Below, piece by piece: positions 12,844 through 24,510 of a DNA stretch of 28,937 bases. The stretch lies in NCBI GenBank assembly GCA_964016885.1, contig CAXHJY010001523.1, positions 1 to 28,937 on the forward strand, written 5' to 3'. Under the pieces are notes generated by a model. It was not told the DNA's origin. It made no database searches and worked only from the letters and a program-made list of their open reading frames with translations. Both the position numbers and the translations under genes were made by a program. Position 1 is the first letter of the stretch; every line of letters starts with the position of its first letter. This stretch comes from Eledone cirrhosa (taxonomy: Eukaryota).

Positions 12844-13231
12844 TTATGGTGAGAAAGAGTGAGAAGGTAGGAGAGAGAAAATTATATATGTTGAGAGAGA
12901 ATACAGAAATATTTAAGAATGATGAGAGTTAACGGAACCTTAGGCTTCGGTGTGTAGGAGGAGAGGAGTTGGAGGGAGCAATGACCGCAGCAGCAGCACC
13001 AACAGCAGCGGGAGACTGAAGTGGTTGTCTGTTTTTTTCCGTTTTCACAAGAAATCAAGAATGAGAAGGAATTATGCAAAGAATAGGTTTATAAACAATG
13101 AATATGTCAGGAGAGAAAGAAAGAGAGTGAGAGAGAGTGAGAGATAGAGAGTGGGAAAATAGTGAGGGGTGTTAGAGATATACATACACACATACACTAC
13201 TCCCCTTAAAATTCGATAAAACTACATACAT

Positions 13232-13258
13232 GCCATAGGTATACAAATACACGCACAC

Positions 13259-13293
<35 letters not shown>

Positions 13294-13770
13294 CGTGTAT
13301 ACACATAATTAAATAAACGTATATAAATAAATAAATACGTATATAACAAGCGCACACACATACCTACATGTAAATACACATATGTTCGGAGACGTACGTC
13401 AACCAAAACACGAAGTACACATATACTCACACCCTACATACGTACGAACCCGCAAAACTCACGTATACACATAACCAAAAGCATATGTACCAGAATATAT
13501 AAAATATACGCCATAACATATACAATCAAATATACGTACGAGAAAGTATACGTACCTTCACAAAACATACAGGTAATATATACTTACCTATACAAATATG
13601 TGTACTTCGTGTTTTGGTTGACGTACGTCTCCGAACATATGTGTATTTACATGTAGGTATGTGTGTGCGCTTGTTATATACGTATTTATTTATTTATTTA
13701 TATACGTTTATTTAATTATTTGTATACACACACACATATTTATATGTGCGTGCATTTGTATACCTATGGC
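13232..13770. repeat. Long inverted repeat
   Basis: Arms 13232-13424 and 13596-13770, near-identical apart from microsatellite length and a few substitutions; 171-bp spacer. Confidence 0.9.
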
Positions 13771-13900
13771 GAGTGTTTTCGCGTATGCTTGTGTATCTAC
13801 GTATATCGATGCGTGTATGTATTTTTTAATTTCAATTACCTCTGTTTTTTATTTACTTTATTCTTATCTCTGAAGCCGAGAATCATTCGGTTTCCTAGTT

Positions 13901-14175
13901 AGAATGTTAGTCTACGACTTCAGTTATACCATTTACGTGGTTTTGACTTTGCGTGCAATTGTTCTCTACGCTCCACACATGACGTATTATCTTCGTTTTT
14001 TCCGTTCATTGCCAGAGAACGTCTCTATGAACCACCTAAGAGAACATTAGTCTACGACTTCTTTTATAGCATAAACGTGGTTTTGTCTGCGTGTAATTGT
14101 TTTTCACCGCTCCAAATAATGACGTATCATATTCGTTTTTTCCCGTTCTTTGCCAGGGAACGTTTCCACGAACCA
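13901..14175. repeat. Diverged two-copy tandem repeat with 140-bp period
   Basis: AGAA..TTAGTCTACGACTTC at 13901 and 14041, colinear through GAACCA. Confidence 0.85.
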
Positions 14176-14544
14176 ACGTATCGTCTTCCTGTCTTCCTCC
14201 GGCTGCACGTTTTTTGAAATATTCACTTCTGCGTTTACAGATTGACTTTGTTAGTTTCAGAAGATCCCGTTAAGGGTGAAAGCAGCGATTCTTTGCTTAA
14301 ACTTTAATCTGCTATTTTAATATATATATATATATGTAAAAGTTCTATTTAAATTGTTGGGAAACAACAAGCAAATATTTTTATAACTAATATAAAGCAC
14401 TCAACAAGTATTTGGAGTAAACATACGATATTAACAAATAGAAACTATATTTATAAACAACTCCACTATCCAGGAGCTTCCAACAGTAATGGTTGCATTT
14501 TTTAAGGGTATGTCAATATTTATTTATAAAACTGATCTATATTA

Positions 14545-14609
14545 TATTTTGTCTGATGAAAGCACACCATAATTTAACTTGGTGTCCTTGAAATATGTAT
14601 AATGAAATA
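14545..14609 (+). ncRNA. Type I hammerhead ribozyme motif, apparently complete (family F-like)
   Basis: Helix I TATTTTGT/ATGAAATA; CTGATGA at 14553-14559; helix II AAG.ACACCA/TGGTGT.CTT; GAAA at 14590-14593; predicted cut after A14601; AATAAA at 14606-14611. Confidence 0.75.
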
Positions 14610-14916
14610 AATATGGTTTTATAAATATAGTTTCCATTTGTTAATATATATATATAAGAGAGGATTGAAGTTTGCTTGAAGCATTGTGGAATAATAAGGT
14701 AAATTTCTTTAAGTCGTTTGGAAGCCTCGACAATGCAGATGGGTAAATCTCCGGGTAACAAGATCCGGTGGTGGAGAGAGAGATGTAAGTGGGTGTACGT
14801 TGAGATGCGTGGCGTGTAGAAGACTGTAGCGTGTAGAAGAATGTAGGAAAGAGCGTAAAGGATAAAAATAAAAATAATAACACGAGATAGAGTTACCTTG
14901 GGAGAGATTTAATTGT

Positions 14917-14952
14917 CCCTATATATTTCGGATTCACATCCATCAACTGGGG
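14917..14952 (-). ncRNA. Decayed hammerhead motif (family G)
   Basis: Minus strand CCC-CAGTTGA-T-GGAT-GTGA-ATCC-GAAA-TATA-TA-GGG; core differs from CTGATGA at 2 positions. Confidence 0.5.
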
Positions 14953-15466
14953 TTTTTTCCGGGAGGAGGGGGATATATATATATATATTTATTAAAATAT
15001 TTGCTCTACGGTTCTTATATATTTGATATATATTTATCCTTATCGAGCCCTCTTTGGATTTTAGTCTTCAAATTTATTATTATTACTATATATATATATA
15101 TATATATCGCTCTGCCTAGTTACCTACCTATCTATTCAATTATATATATATATATATATAATTGGATAGATAGATAGGTAAGTAGGTAGAAAGATAAAGA
15201 GATAGTGCTATGGTTAGTTAAAAAAATTTAAACACAGATATATATCATAAATGATCTGTACAATGACACGTTTCTTGATGTATTGACATAATAAATATAA
15301 AACTAATACATCGCTATATATAAGTGTGTGGTTGTGTGTGTATGAATGTATGTATGTGCGCATCTATGTATGTATGTATCTCTTGATGACTAATGTCATA
15401 CTTGCAAAACTCTTCATTTTCTAAAAAAAAAATGATAAAATATTATGTGGAAACGACGTCGTATAT

Positions 15467-15873
15467 TGTCTGTCGTATGATGTCTGTCGCATGATGTCTG
15501 TCGTATGATGTCTGTCGTCTGTTGTCTGTCGTATGATGTCTGTCGTATGATGTCTGTCGCATGATGTCTGTCGTATGATGTCTGTCGTATGATGTCTGTC
15601 GCATGATGTCTGTCGTATGATGTCTGTCGTCTGTTGTCTGTCGCATGATGTCTGTCGTATGATGTCTGTCGTCTGTTGTCTGTCGTCTGTTGTATGTCGT
15701 ATGTTGTATGTCGTCTGCCGTATGTTGTCTGTTATCTGTCGTATCTTGTATGTCGTCTGTTATCTGTCGTATGTTGTATGTCGTCTACCGTATGTTGTAT
15801 GTCGTCTGCCGTATGTTGTCTGTCGTATGTTGTATGTCGTCTGCCGTATGTTGTCTGCTGTCTGTCGTATGTT
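15467..15873. repeat. Minisatellite: 14-bp TGTCTGTCGTATGA grading into a 21-bp unit
   Basis: Direct reading. Confidence 0.9.
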
Positions 15874-16339
15874 GCGTTTTAAGTTCTCTAGTTTATTTAT
15901 TTATTTATTTATTTATTTATGTATTAACCATCAAAACTAGATTTTTCTTTTTCTGGGCCAAAATGTTAACAATAAAATATTCAGTAGATTTGATTGAGTT
16001 TCGCAGGCTTTTCATCCTTTTAATTAATCGTTTGAATAATGCTCCTTTTAATTGTGTTTTTCACGATCTTTTGAAGAAAAATATCTTAAATCTTTTGCTT
16101 TAAAGAATTCAGCTTTCATTTAATGATTTGCCATAAAATGTTGAGTAAGGTGTCAGGTTTAGAATCTGTCTAGTCGAAATAAAATTCTAAATGTTTATGA
16201 GCTTAGAGGCTTCTTGTGATAAATTTGTCAGAGATAATTAGGGTTATTTTTAGGTCAGTCTGAGAACAGAAAAAATGTTTTATATATAATGGAGAGGAGA
16301 TACTTTATTAAGCAATCTTATGTTGGATATTCTGCTGTG

Positions 16340-16540
16340 GACGGCGGCGGAAAAAATGTTATATGGTATTTGGTTACGGCCCTTGACGTTCTGAGTTCAA
16401 ATCCCTTCGAGTTCAACTTTGACTTTTATCTTTCTGGAATCAGTGAAATGAAATAAAATACCAGTTAAATACTAGGGTCGATTTAATCGACTTTCCTTAC
16501 CAACCAAATTGCAAGTCATGTTCCTATACTCGAAACAATT
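16340..16540 (+). mobile_element. SINE family 1
   Basis: CGTTCTGAGTTCAAATCCC..AACTTTGACTTTTATC..TACCAG..GGGTCGATTTAATCGAC. Confidence 0.8.
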
Positions 16541-16547
16541 ATTTAAG

Positions 16548-16742
16548 GGTGGCGGTCTAGCAGTATAGGTAGAGTGTCAGACAAAATACTTTGGGGTATA
16601 TACCCCCGGCTTTCTGAGTTCAAATCCCGTCAAGGTTAACTTTGCTTTTCGTCCGCGATAGATAAAATAAAGTATCAGTAAAGTACTGGGGTTGATCAAC
16701 TCGTCTTTCTGCACACATTTGATGGCCTTATGCCCAAAATAA
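16548..16742 (+). mobile_element. SINE family 1, tandem neighbour
   Basis: CTGAGTTCAAATCCCGTCAAGGTTAACTTTGCTTTTC..GATAAAATAAAGTATCAG. Confidence 0.8.
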
Positions 16743-17026
16743 AAATCAATATTGTGCTGTGGTTCTTTAATTATTGAGAATATTTAATCCCAAATACATG
16801 TCTCCAAATTATTACGTTAGCTAATTGAAACTTGTTATGTTGTCAGCTGTAGGAGGTCTTGTCTTACGTTTGATTTTGATCTTTTCAAGAAATCTATGTC
16901 GGCCATCTAAGAGATTCAATATAATTCCTCATCCAACTGGTAAAAGAACATGTCGCCAAGAAAAATAACAAAAACACTTTTCTGAAGAAATTGGAATCGT
17001 TCTCTTTGTTTGGTTTAAAAAATAAT

Positions 17027-17201
17027 TGTTTCTACTTTTGGCACAAGGCCAGCAATTACCCAGTACATTACTGGTACTTTATTTTATCGATCCCGTAAGG
17101 ATGAAAGGCAAAGTTAACCTCGGCGCGATTTGAACTCAGACCGTAAAGGGACGTAACTATGCTGGAAAGCATGGCGTCCGACTCTCTACTGATACTGCCA
17201 A
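17027..17201 (-). mobile_element. SINE family 1 with 13-bp target-site duplication
   Basis: Reverse-complement core; TTTAAAAAATAAT at 17014-17026 and 17202-17214. Confidence 0.85.
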
Positions 17202-17442
17202 TTTAAAAAATAATGATTCTTGTTCAGCAATTATTTATTTTTGGAATAATATATATGTCCGCATACCTATATATATATATATATATAATAGTTTTTTAAC
17301 AATGATAACAAAGGTAAGTTACTTTACATATCTCATTCATTGTTTTATGATCGTTTCTGAGGGTTGATCATATCGATATATTGATTGATCTATAGCAGTT
17401 ATGGAACTGTATACTATCAGACACTGACTTATAACGACGGCT

Positions 17443-17527
17443 AGCCGTTTCGACGGCTAATTCTGGACTCAGAATTAGCCGTCGAAACGGCTTGAGCTCA
17501 GCCGTCGGGGTCCTACTCGTTCCTATA
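17443..17527 (+). mobile_element. Family B fold-back element with short left arm
   Basis: 23-bp arms 17443-17465 and 17470-17492, loop GACT; GAAA-CGGCT-TGAGCTC-AGCCG-TC at 17484-17506; ends in (TA)n. Confidence 0.8.
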
Positions 17528-17893
17528 TATATATATATAAATATATATATACACTCACACATACAATAATGCACACGCGTTGCATGTATTGAAAGTAACC
17601 CCGTCCCTCGAGGTGACCTCGTGTTTCATCTGAAGTGTAGAAATGGTTCATTGATAGAAGTGAACTGGAATCTGTATTAAGCTCAGCTGATGGTAACACA
17701 AGCTTATAAATAACTCCTTATGTTCTTTGCCGACATCAATGTCGCTCACATTTATTAAAGTGTATCTCTACGTGAATGTATATGTATATATATGTGTGTG
17801 TGTGTAGCGAAAATGTGCGTGGGAAGGAAAAGACCGCTCTATGTAGTGAAAGATATAATTTATTATATATATAAGTGTATGTATGCATGCATA

Positions 17894-17960
<67 letters not shown>

Positions 17961-18011
17961 GTGTGTGAGTATTTATATGTGTATACCAATCTATTTTTCT
18001 ATATATATACA

Positions 18012-18088
<77 letters not shown>

Positions 18089-18795
18089 AGAGAGAGAGAG
18101 AACAAGATATAGATATATTGATATACACCTATAAAGTCTCTATCTCTCTCCCACACAGACTCATATATATATATATATACATATATACTTAGATAGGTAT
18201 TCATATGTGTTTGTGACTGTATTAGTTTGTGTCTGTGTGTGTGTACGTGATTGAAAATATGCAGTGAGAGAAGTTTGAATACAAGACAGACATTCTGACG
18301 AGATAAGTTGTACGCTAAAGTGGCAGAGTGTGAATAACTTCACTGTTAATCCTCTAGAATATTCCTGAAGACGAGACCTGACGCCAATGTACGAGACCTC
18401 ACGTATATGCATGGCCCCACACTTGTGCATATGCACCAAATTGATGTCCCTGCGCAGGTGCAAGACATAGCACTAGTGCGCATGTGGAGGACCGGACGCT
18501 AGTACGCATGTATTAGACTGGATGCTATTAGGCACATGCATGTCAAGTATATTCAATCTCGGCTACCTCTTTCCAAATACTCTCATTCAATTTTCCCCCC
18601 ACTTCTCCAAATACAGCCGCTTTCTCTACTGTTTTCTAAAGTTCTCCAACTACTTAAAAACTAACTATTCTACCTTATCACTTATTTTCTTTTCAATTTA
18701 TTTTATGTTTAATTCAGATTATATATGAAATGATATATATATATATATACACACACACATATACTTATTATATACGTATGTGTCTGTGTGTGTTT

Positions 18796-18832
<37 letters not shown>

Positions 18833-18855
18833 TGTCCCCAAAATGATATATGTTT

Positions 18856-19000
18856 GGACAATGTGGGAGAACACTCCAAGAATACACAGATCACTACTTG
18901 GTAGAAGGAACAAGATGAAATAAAGTGTCTTGCTCAAGGACGCAACGCATCGCTCGGCCCGGGAATCGAACTCACATCCTCACGATTGTAAATCCAACTC
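18856..19000 (-). mobile_element. Second tRNA-derived SINE family, fragment
   Basis: Minus-strand B box GAGTTCGATTCCC and AAGTGTCTTGCTCAAGGA core on the plus strand. Confidence 0.7.
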
Positions 19001-19271
19001 CACTACTTCATAGTATAGGTACTCTGTGCCAGCACAGAGTCTACTCTCCTTACTATTAGACCCCCCCCCCCCTCTCTCCTCATCTCAACTACAATAATAA
19101 CTTCTATACTCTATCTGGTTCAACGTCTGACTTCTCTATTTTTATAAATTCATCTGATGTCTCTGACGCTTCCCAAACCACTCAGCTGCAATCAGCTGTT
19201 GGAATATGAATACACACACACGCACACGCACACACACACGCACACGCACACACACACACACACATGTATAG

Positions 19272-19465
19272 GTTTGTATAGAAAAGGCTTTCTACAGGAC
19301 TAGGACTGTTTCATTCGTATAACATCATCAGGCGTTTCTGATGATTTCATACGAATGAAACAGTTCTAGTCCTGTAGAAGCGTTTTCTATATAAACATTT
19401 GTCGTCACTCTACATATGTTCTGAGTACCTTATTTACTGTGGTTACCCCCTACTCAACTCTCTCA
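19272..19465. mobile_element. Family A fold-back element with two divergent hammerhead cores plus tail
   Basis: Palindrome 19272-19396; plus strand TTT-CTGATGA(19338)-TTTCATACGAAT-GAAA-CAG-TTCTAGTC-CTG-TA-GAA; mirrored core on the minus strand. Confidence 0.8.
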
Positions 19466-19971
19466 CACACACTCTTATATGTGTGTGCGTATATATATAT
19501 ATATATATAAATACACGACGGACTTCTGCACAGCCGGCGTCTGCTATCTATTCAATTCTTCTTCCACATAATCACCCTGAGGTTATTGTGGGAGTAGAGT
19601 AGTGTTAAGTGGTATTCTATAAAGTTGATTATAGAAACACAGGAAATTACAGAGAGACACCCAAGCTTGCAGTTAGAAAATATTATATAAAGCATTTTAA
19701 CAAAAAAGTATTTCGAAGTTAATTTTTTCCCCCTCCACACTGTGAGATTGGCCGGCAGATAATATTTATTTTTAGTGATTTAATTCCTCTCCCACATTGC
19801 CACAAAAAATCAATAAAAACATTATAAATAAAACGATGAATGAAATTAACGAAGCAACACGATACAGAGAATCAATAATATATTAAAAAAAGATGACAAC
19901 GACGGTAAATCTAAGAGAGATTTTAATCAATCAGTGACTTAATTAATCAATAAATTGATCGATTTATATTT

Positions 19972-20066
19972 TTATATAATTTTTTTATATTCTTGTTTGT
20001 TTGATGCAACTGGGATGAGGTGTGTTAAGAAGGTGACCAACTCATGAGCGAGGTCATCGACAGTAC
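19972..20066 (-). CDS. Candidate terminal coding exon of an unknown gene
   Basis: TTTCAG acceptor at 20072-20067, then an open frame TVDDLAHELVTFLTHLIPVASNKQEYKKII-stop in non-repetitive sequence; no upstream exon found. Confidence 0.3.
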
Positions 20067-20082
20067 CTGAAATAGATATTCA

Positions 20083-21172
20083 CTAGCTGACGTACCCAGC
20101 TTCGCCCGGGTAAACAGATGATAAGAGAAGACAGGTAAAAGAGAAAATGACTGTATTGGATGTTTGTTTGGTTACAATATGAGGCGAGTCCGTGGTATCT
20201 GTGTGATACAGAAAACAGTAAAAAAAAAATCTTCCAGATATACCAGATTCTTCGTTGTATCGTTTGTGCATAGTATATGAACAATTCTAGGTGCTCCCAC
20301 CTAGAATAGTGACCTCTAGGAGATGGTTCATCTTCTGCCTGACTGTAAAACGTGTATCATTGCATAGACGTGGTTGTTCCACGTTTCTCAAAAGGATGAT
20401 GGAAGTTCCAATCTTTTATATTATATGTAGATATAGATAATTAATATAAAAGATGATGCTCAGCCAGTTCGTCTTCAACCATCGCAGCACGCCGTCGCTG
20501 CTTGGCTCCAGTGTTTCGTTGGCGTTGTTCAGCCAGCTCCTCTTCATTCATGGCGGCACATCTTCGCCTCTGAAGTTCGGCGTTCCGATGGCGCTGTTCG
20601 GCCTGTTTTTCTTCATTCCTGGCTGCACGTCGTCGCCGCTGTAGTTCACTGTTTGATAAAGTCGAATTGCTTTTATTATCAGTATTCATTTCGAGCAATT
20701 GTCAAAAAATGACACAATAATAAATATAAAAGATGTCCGTCAATGTAAAAAAAGGTCCCTATTTACTCCCTTCACAACTCTATGTATGTTAGACTGACAG
20801 ACAGATAAACTGCGTGGCGATTGTGGAACGCCCCACGTACACACACATACACGCATGGAAATGCGCACTCGTGCACTTACACACACTTACACACTCACAC
20901 ATGTTGATAGTTTTTACTTTCTGTGGAACGCTGCACGCACACTCACATAAACATACGCACACGTACATACACACGCACACATGGTAATAGTTACAGCGTT
21001 CACTTTGCCTCTCTGTTTCTTACTCTCCCCTCTCACTCCCTTATGGGCATTATGCGTATTAATTTAAGTTTGGCGTCGTTGAGGTGGGCGGAGTCGTTTG
21101 AAACCTATGAACCAATGATAATCGAGAATTATGACACACGGAATACTGACGTTGTTGAAATTAATATATAGA
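20083..21172 (-). mobile_element. Non-autonomous composite Helitron
   Basis: Minus-strand 3' end ACCCGGGCGAAGCTGGGT hairpin then CAGCTAG|T; 5'-end-like TCTATATATTAA at 21172 and A|TCTACATATAATATAAAA at 20431. Confidence 0.75.
20441..20698 (-). pseudogene. Truncated ORF with 23-aa Arg/Glu-rich repeats (STPR-like), probable Helitron RepHel N-terminus
   Basis: ELQRRRRAARNEEKQAEQRHRNA repeated about 2.7 times; same strand as the Helitron; no Rep or helicase motifs. Confidence 0.6.
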
Positions 21173-21281
21173 CAACGGCTGATAACTGAAACTGCTTTAA
21201 TATAGAGCCATCTACGACACTCTAACACACCTATGCCACACTAAACATACACACATATTAGGGAAAGGGCTTTCTATAAAC

Positions 21282-21610
21282 CAGGGTTTCCCAACCTGGG
21301 CACTATCAACCATCGGTGAGTGATTTCAACTGTTGGGTGGGCGAGGAGCATCTGAACAGAAAATTGTGGGTGATTGGGAATTTTGGTGGAGGATATAAGA
21401 TTTTGAGTATTAAGAAAGTATTTCAACATATGATACCCGAAAATAAAATTAAAAGGAGATATGCAAAATTATTTTTTTTAAAAAGGCGACTAAATGGGAA
21501 TAACGAACTAGTAACAAACTTTTACGAAATGTTTTTGGCATATTTTCGAATATTTACTATGCAGATGGGCGGTGAAGGTGGGCGATGACGGAAAAACTGA
21601 GCAACTATTT
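21282..21610. mobile_element. Possible decayed hAT (Charlie-like) MITE
   Basis: Starts CAGGGTTTCCCAACCT; the other end is only weakly similar and no clear TSD is visible. Confidence 0.3.
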
Positions 21611-22198
21611 ACAGATAAATAGAGGGAGGGAGTGCAAATAAACGAGGAGTTTTAACATCTTATAGTCCCTATTAAAACAACGTACAGAGTGATTTCTGCT
21701 ATTCATACGTGTAACTATTAAGCCGACCTTGTAAAGAAGAGTTTAGGTCTAAGGCTAAGAAAAGAAGTTAGAACATTATCAGTGCAGAGATCAGAAGCAA
21801 TCATGTAGTCGCGACACTTTCAGATCGATAATATGAGATAACTATAAAGATGTGAATAGGATTAGATGCAAGACTATTAAAACGAGTTTATTATTAATAT
21901 ACAAATGGACAATTTATTAGCTGAGAGATTTCCCCCATAAAAAAAGGAATGATTAGAAAATGAGAAAAATTATAACAAAAACGAAACAAGAATAAGAAAA
22001 CTATATTGAAATAAAAACTAACAAGAAAACATTGTACACACACACATACATACGTATAATACACACAGGTACACACGTGTACACATACTCGGGCATACAC
22101 ACGCACACATATATATACGTTTGTGATTGCATTTTGCAGCTCTCATATATATATATATACGTACACACACACCACACACACACATATATATATATGTG

Positions 22199-22365
22199 TT
22201 ATATAGAACTGAAGTTTACAGGATTACAACTGTTTTATCCGTAGACTTCATACGAATGAAACAGTTCTAGTCTCGTAGAAACCATTTCTATATAATAATT
22301 ATGCTTTTTCTTTACTAACGTATTGAGTACATTATTTCTCTGTGGTTATTTCCAGAATACCATCC
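22199..22365 (+). mobile_element. Family A fold-back element, diverged
   Basis: Imperfect palindrome 22199-22296 containing TTCATACGAATGAAACAGTTCTAGTC; tail TGAGTAC..CTGTGGTT as in the other copies. Confidence 0.75.
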
Positions 22366-22380
22366 TTATATATATATATA

Positions 22381-22508
22381 GTTTTTAATGCGTAGAAATA
22401 TCCAGGACCCCAGCAGACAACTGATGAAGGAAAACTTTTTCCCGTTCATGCTTTCTTCTTATTTTTAAGTATACCTTATCCTGCAACCACACAGCCCCCC
22501 TCTTCTTC

Positions 22509-22510
<2 letters not shown>
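22381..22510 (+). mobile_element. 5'-truncated diverged relative of the 27483-27592 element (family H)
   Basis: GTTT-TTAATGCGTA-GAA-ATATCCAG-GACCCCAGC-AGACAA-CTGATGA aligns with 27500-27544; between (TA)n tracts. Confidence 0.6.
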
Positions 22511-22540
<30 letters not shown>

Positions 22541-22913
22541 ATAAATATATGGATGTACACGTAGGTATACATTTGCTTACACATATAAACATATATTTAT
22601 CATGTGTGAAATTAATAAACTAAGTCAATGAACTTTACAAAAGCCGAAGATGTATATATATATATGTATATATTGCGTGTGCGTGTGTGTGTATGAGATG
22701 AACGTGTGCGTGCGTATATAACAAATGATTTCAACAATACAAAAACAGAAAGAATATATATATATATATATATATACACAAATTTAGAAAACAACAACGG
22801 GGTCAGTGATTGAAAGTAAAGAAAATCGAAATTGTGATAGAATTGAAATTTGACAAAACGTAATTTCCATGTTTTTTTCTATTCTATATATATAATATTA
22901 TATTATATATATA

Positions 22914-23001
22914 CTTTGCCTTTCATCCTTCCGGGGTCGATAAAATAAAGTACCAGTAATGTACTGGGATAATTGCTGGTCTTGTGCCTAAAGTAGAAAC
23001 A
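22914..23001 (+). mobile_element. SINE family 1, 3' half
   Basis: CTTTGCCTTTCATCCTTCCGGGGTCGATAAAATAAAGTACCAG..GCTGGTCTTGTGCCTAAAGTAGAAAC. Confidence 0.85.
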
Positions 23002-23051
23002 ATTATTATTATTATTATTATTTATTTGGTTTTAATATTAAGATATGAGAG

Positions 23052-23284
23052 AGGGTGTTGGATTGGTATATTCGGTAGAGTGTCGGACAACATGCTTCGC
23101 AGCATAGAGTTACGGTCCTTTACGTTCTGAGTTCAAATCCCACTGAGGTTAGCTATGCCTTTCATCCTTACGAGATTGATGAAATAAAGTACCGGCAATG
23201 CACTGTGGTCCATTTAATCAACCTTTCCCCTCCCCCAAATTGCTGGCCTTGTGCCTAAATCAGAAACTATTATTATTATTATTA
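23052..23284 (+). mobile_element. SINE family 1, near full length, with (TAT)n tail
   Basis: Head, B-box-like GAGTTCAAATCCC, core and 3' end are all present. Confidence 0.85.
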
Positions 23285-23340
23285 TGTTGCTGATCTACTC
23301 AGACGATATTTATTTACTATGTCGCATAGTTTATTGAACT

Positions 23341-23821
23341 TCTCTCTCTCTCTCTCTATCTCTCACACTCTCTCTATCTCTCACACTCTCTCTATCTCTC
23401 TCACTCTCTCACAATCTCTCTCTCACTCTCTCACACTTTCTCTCTCTCTCACGCTCTCTCTCTCTCTCACGCTCTCTCTCTCTCACTCTCTCACACTCAC
23501 TCTCTCTCACTCTCTCACACTCACTCTCTCACACTCTCTCTCTCACACTCTCTCTCTCACACTCTCTCTCTCACACACTCTCTCTCTCTCTCTCACTCTC
23601 TCTCTCTCACACTCACTCTCTCATACTCTCTCTCTCACACTCACTCTCTCACACTCTTTCACACTCTCTTTCTCACTCACTCTCTCACACTCTCTTTCTC
23701 ACTCACTCTCTCACACTCTCTTTCTCACTCACTCTCTCTCACTCTCTCTCACTCTCTCTCACACTCTCTTTCTCTCTCTCTCACTCTCTCACTCTCTCTC
23801 TCTCACTCTCTCTCTCTCACA

Positions 23822-23854
<33 letters not shown>

Positions 23855-23868
23855 TCACTCTCTCTCTC

Positions 23869-23906
<38 letters not shown>

Positions 23907-24510
23907 TCTCTCTCACTCACTCACTCACTCACTCACTCTTTCTCTCTTTCACTCACTCACTCACTCACTCTTTCTCTCTTTCACTCACTCACTCTTTCTT
24001 TCTCTCTCTCACTCACTCTCTCTCTCACTCACTCTCACTCACTCTCTCACTCACTCTCTCTCTCACTCTCTCTCACACTCTCTCTCTCACTCTCTCTCTC
24101 ACTCTCTCTCTCTCTCTCACTCTCTCTCTCTCTCTCTCACCCTCTCTCTCTCACTCTCACTCTCTCTCACTCACTCACTCACTCACTCACCCACTCACTC
24201 ACTCACTCACTCACTCACTCACTCACTCACTCTTTCTCTCTTTCACTCACTCACTCACTCACTCACTCACTCACTCACTCTTTCTCTCTTTCACTCACAC
24301 ACTCTTTCTTTCTCTCTCTCTCACTATCTCTCTCTCTCTCACTATCTCTCTCTCACTCACTCTCTCTCACTCTTTCTGTCTCTCACTCACTCTCTTACTC
24401 TTTCTCTCTCTCAATCACTCTCTTACTCTTTCTCTCTCTCAATCACTCTCTTACTCTTTCTCTCTCTCAATCACTCTATCTCATTCACTCACTCACTCTC
24501 ACTCTCTCTC
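23341..24510. repeat. (CT)n/(CTCA)n compound microsatellite, about 1.2 kb
   Basis: Direct reading. Confidence 0.95.

Noticed and set aside
15467-15873. CRISPR-like array
   Set aside because: No unique spacers, no cas genes, and a eukaryotic context
18295-18371. CTGACGA and CTGAAGA as hammerhead cores
   Set aside because: No correctly placed GAAA or pairing helices
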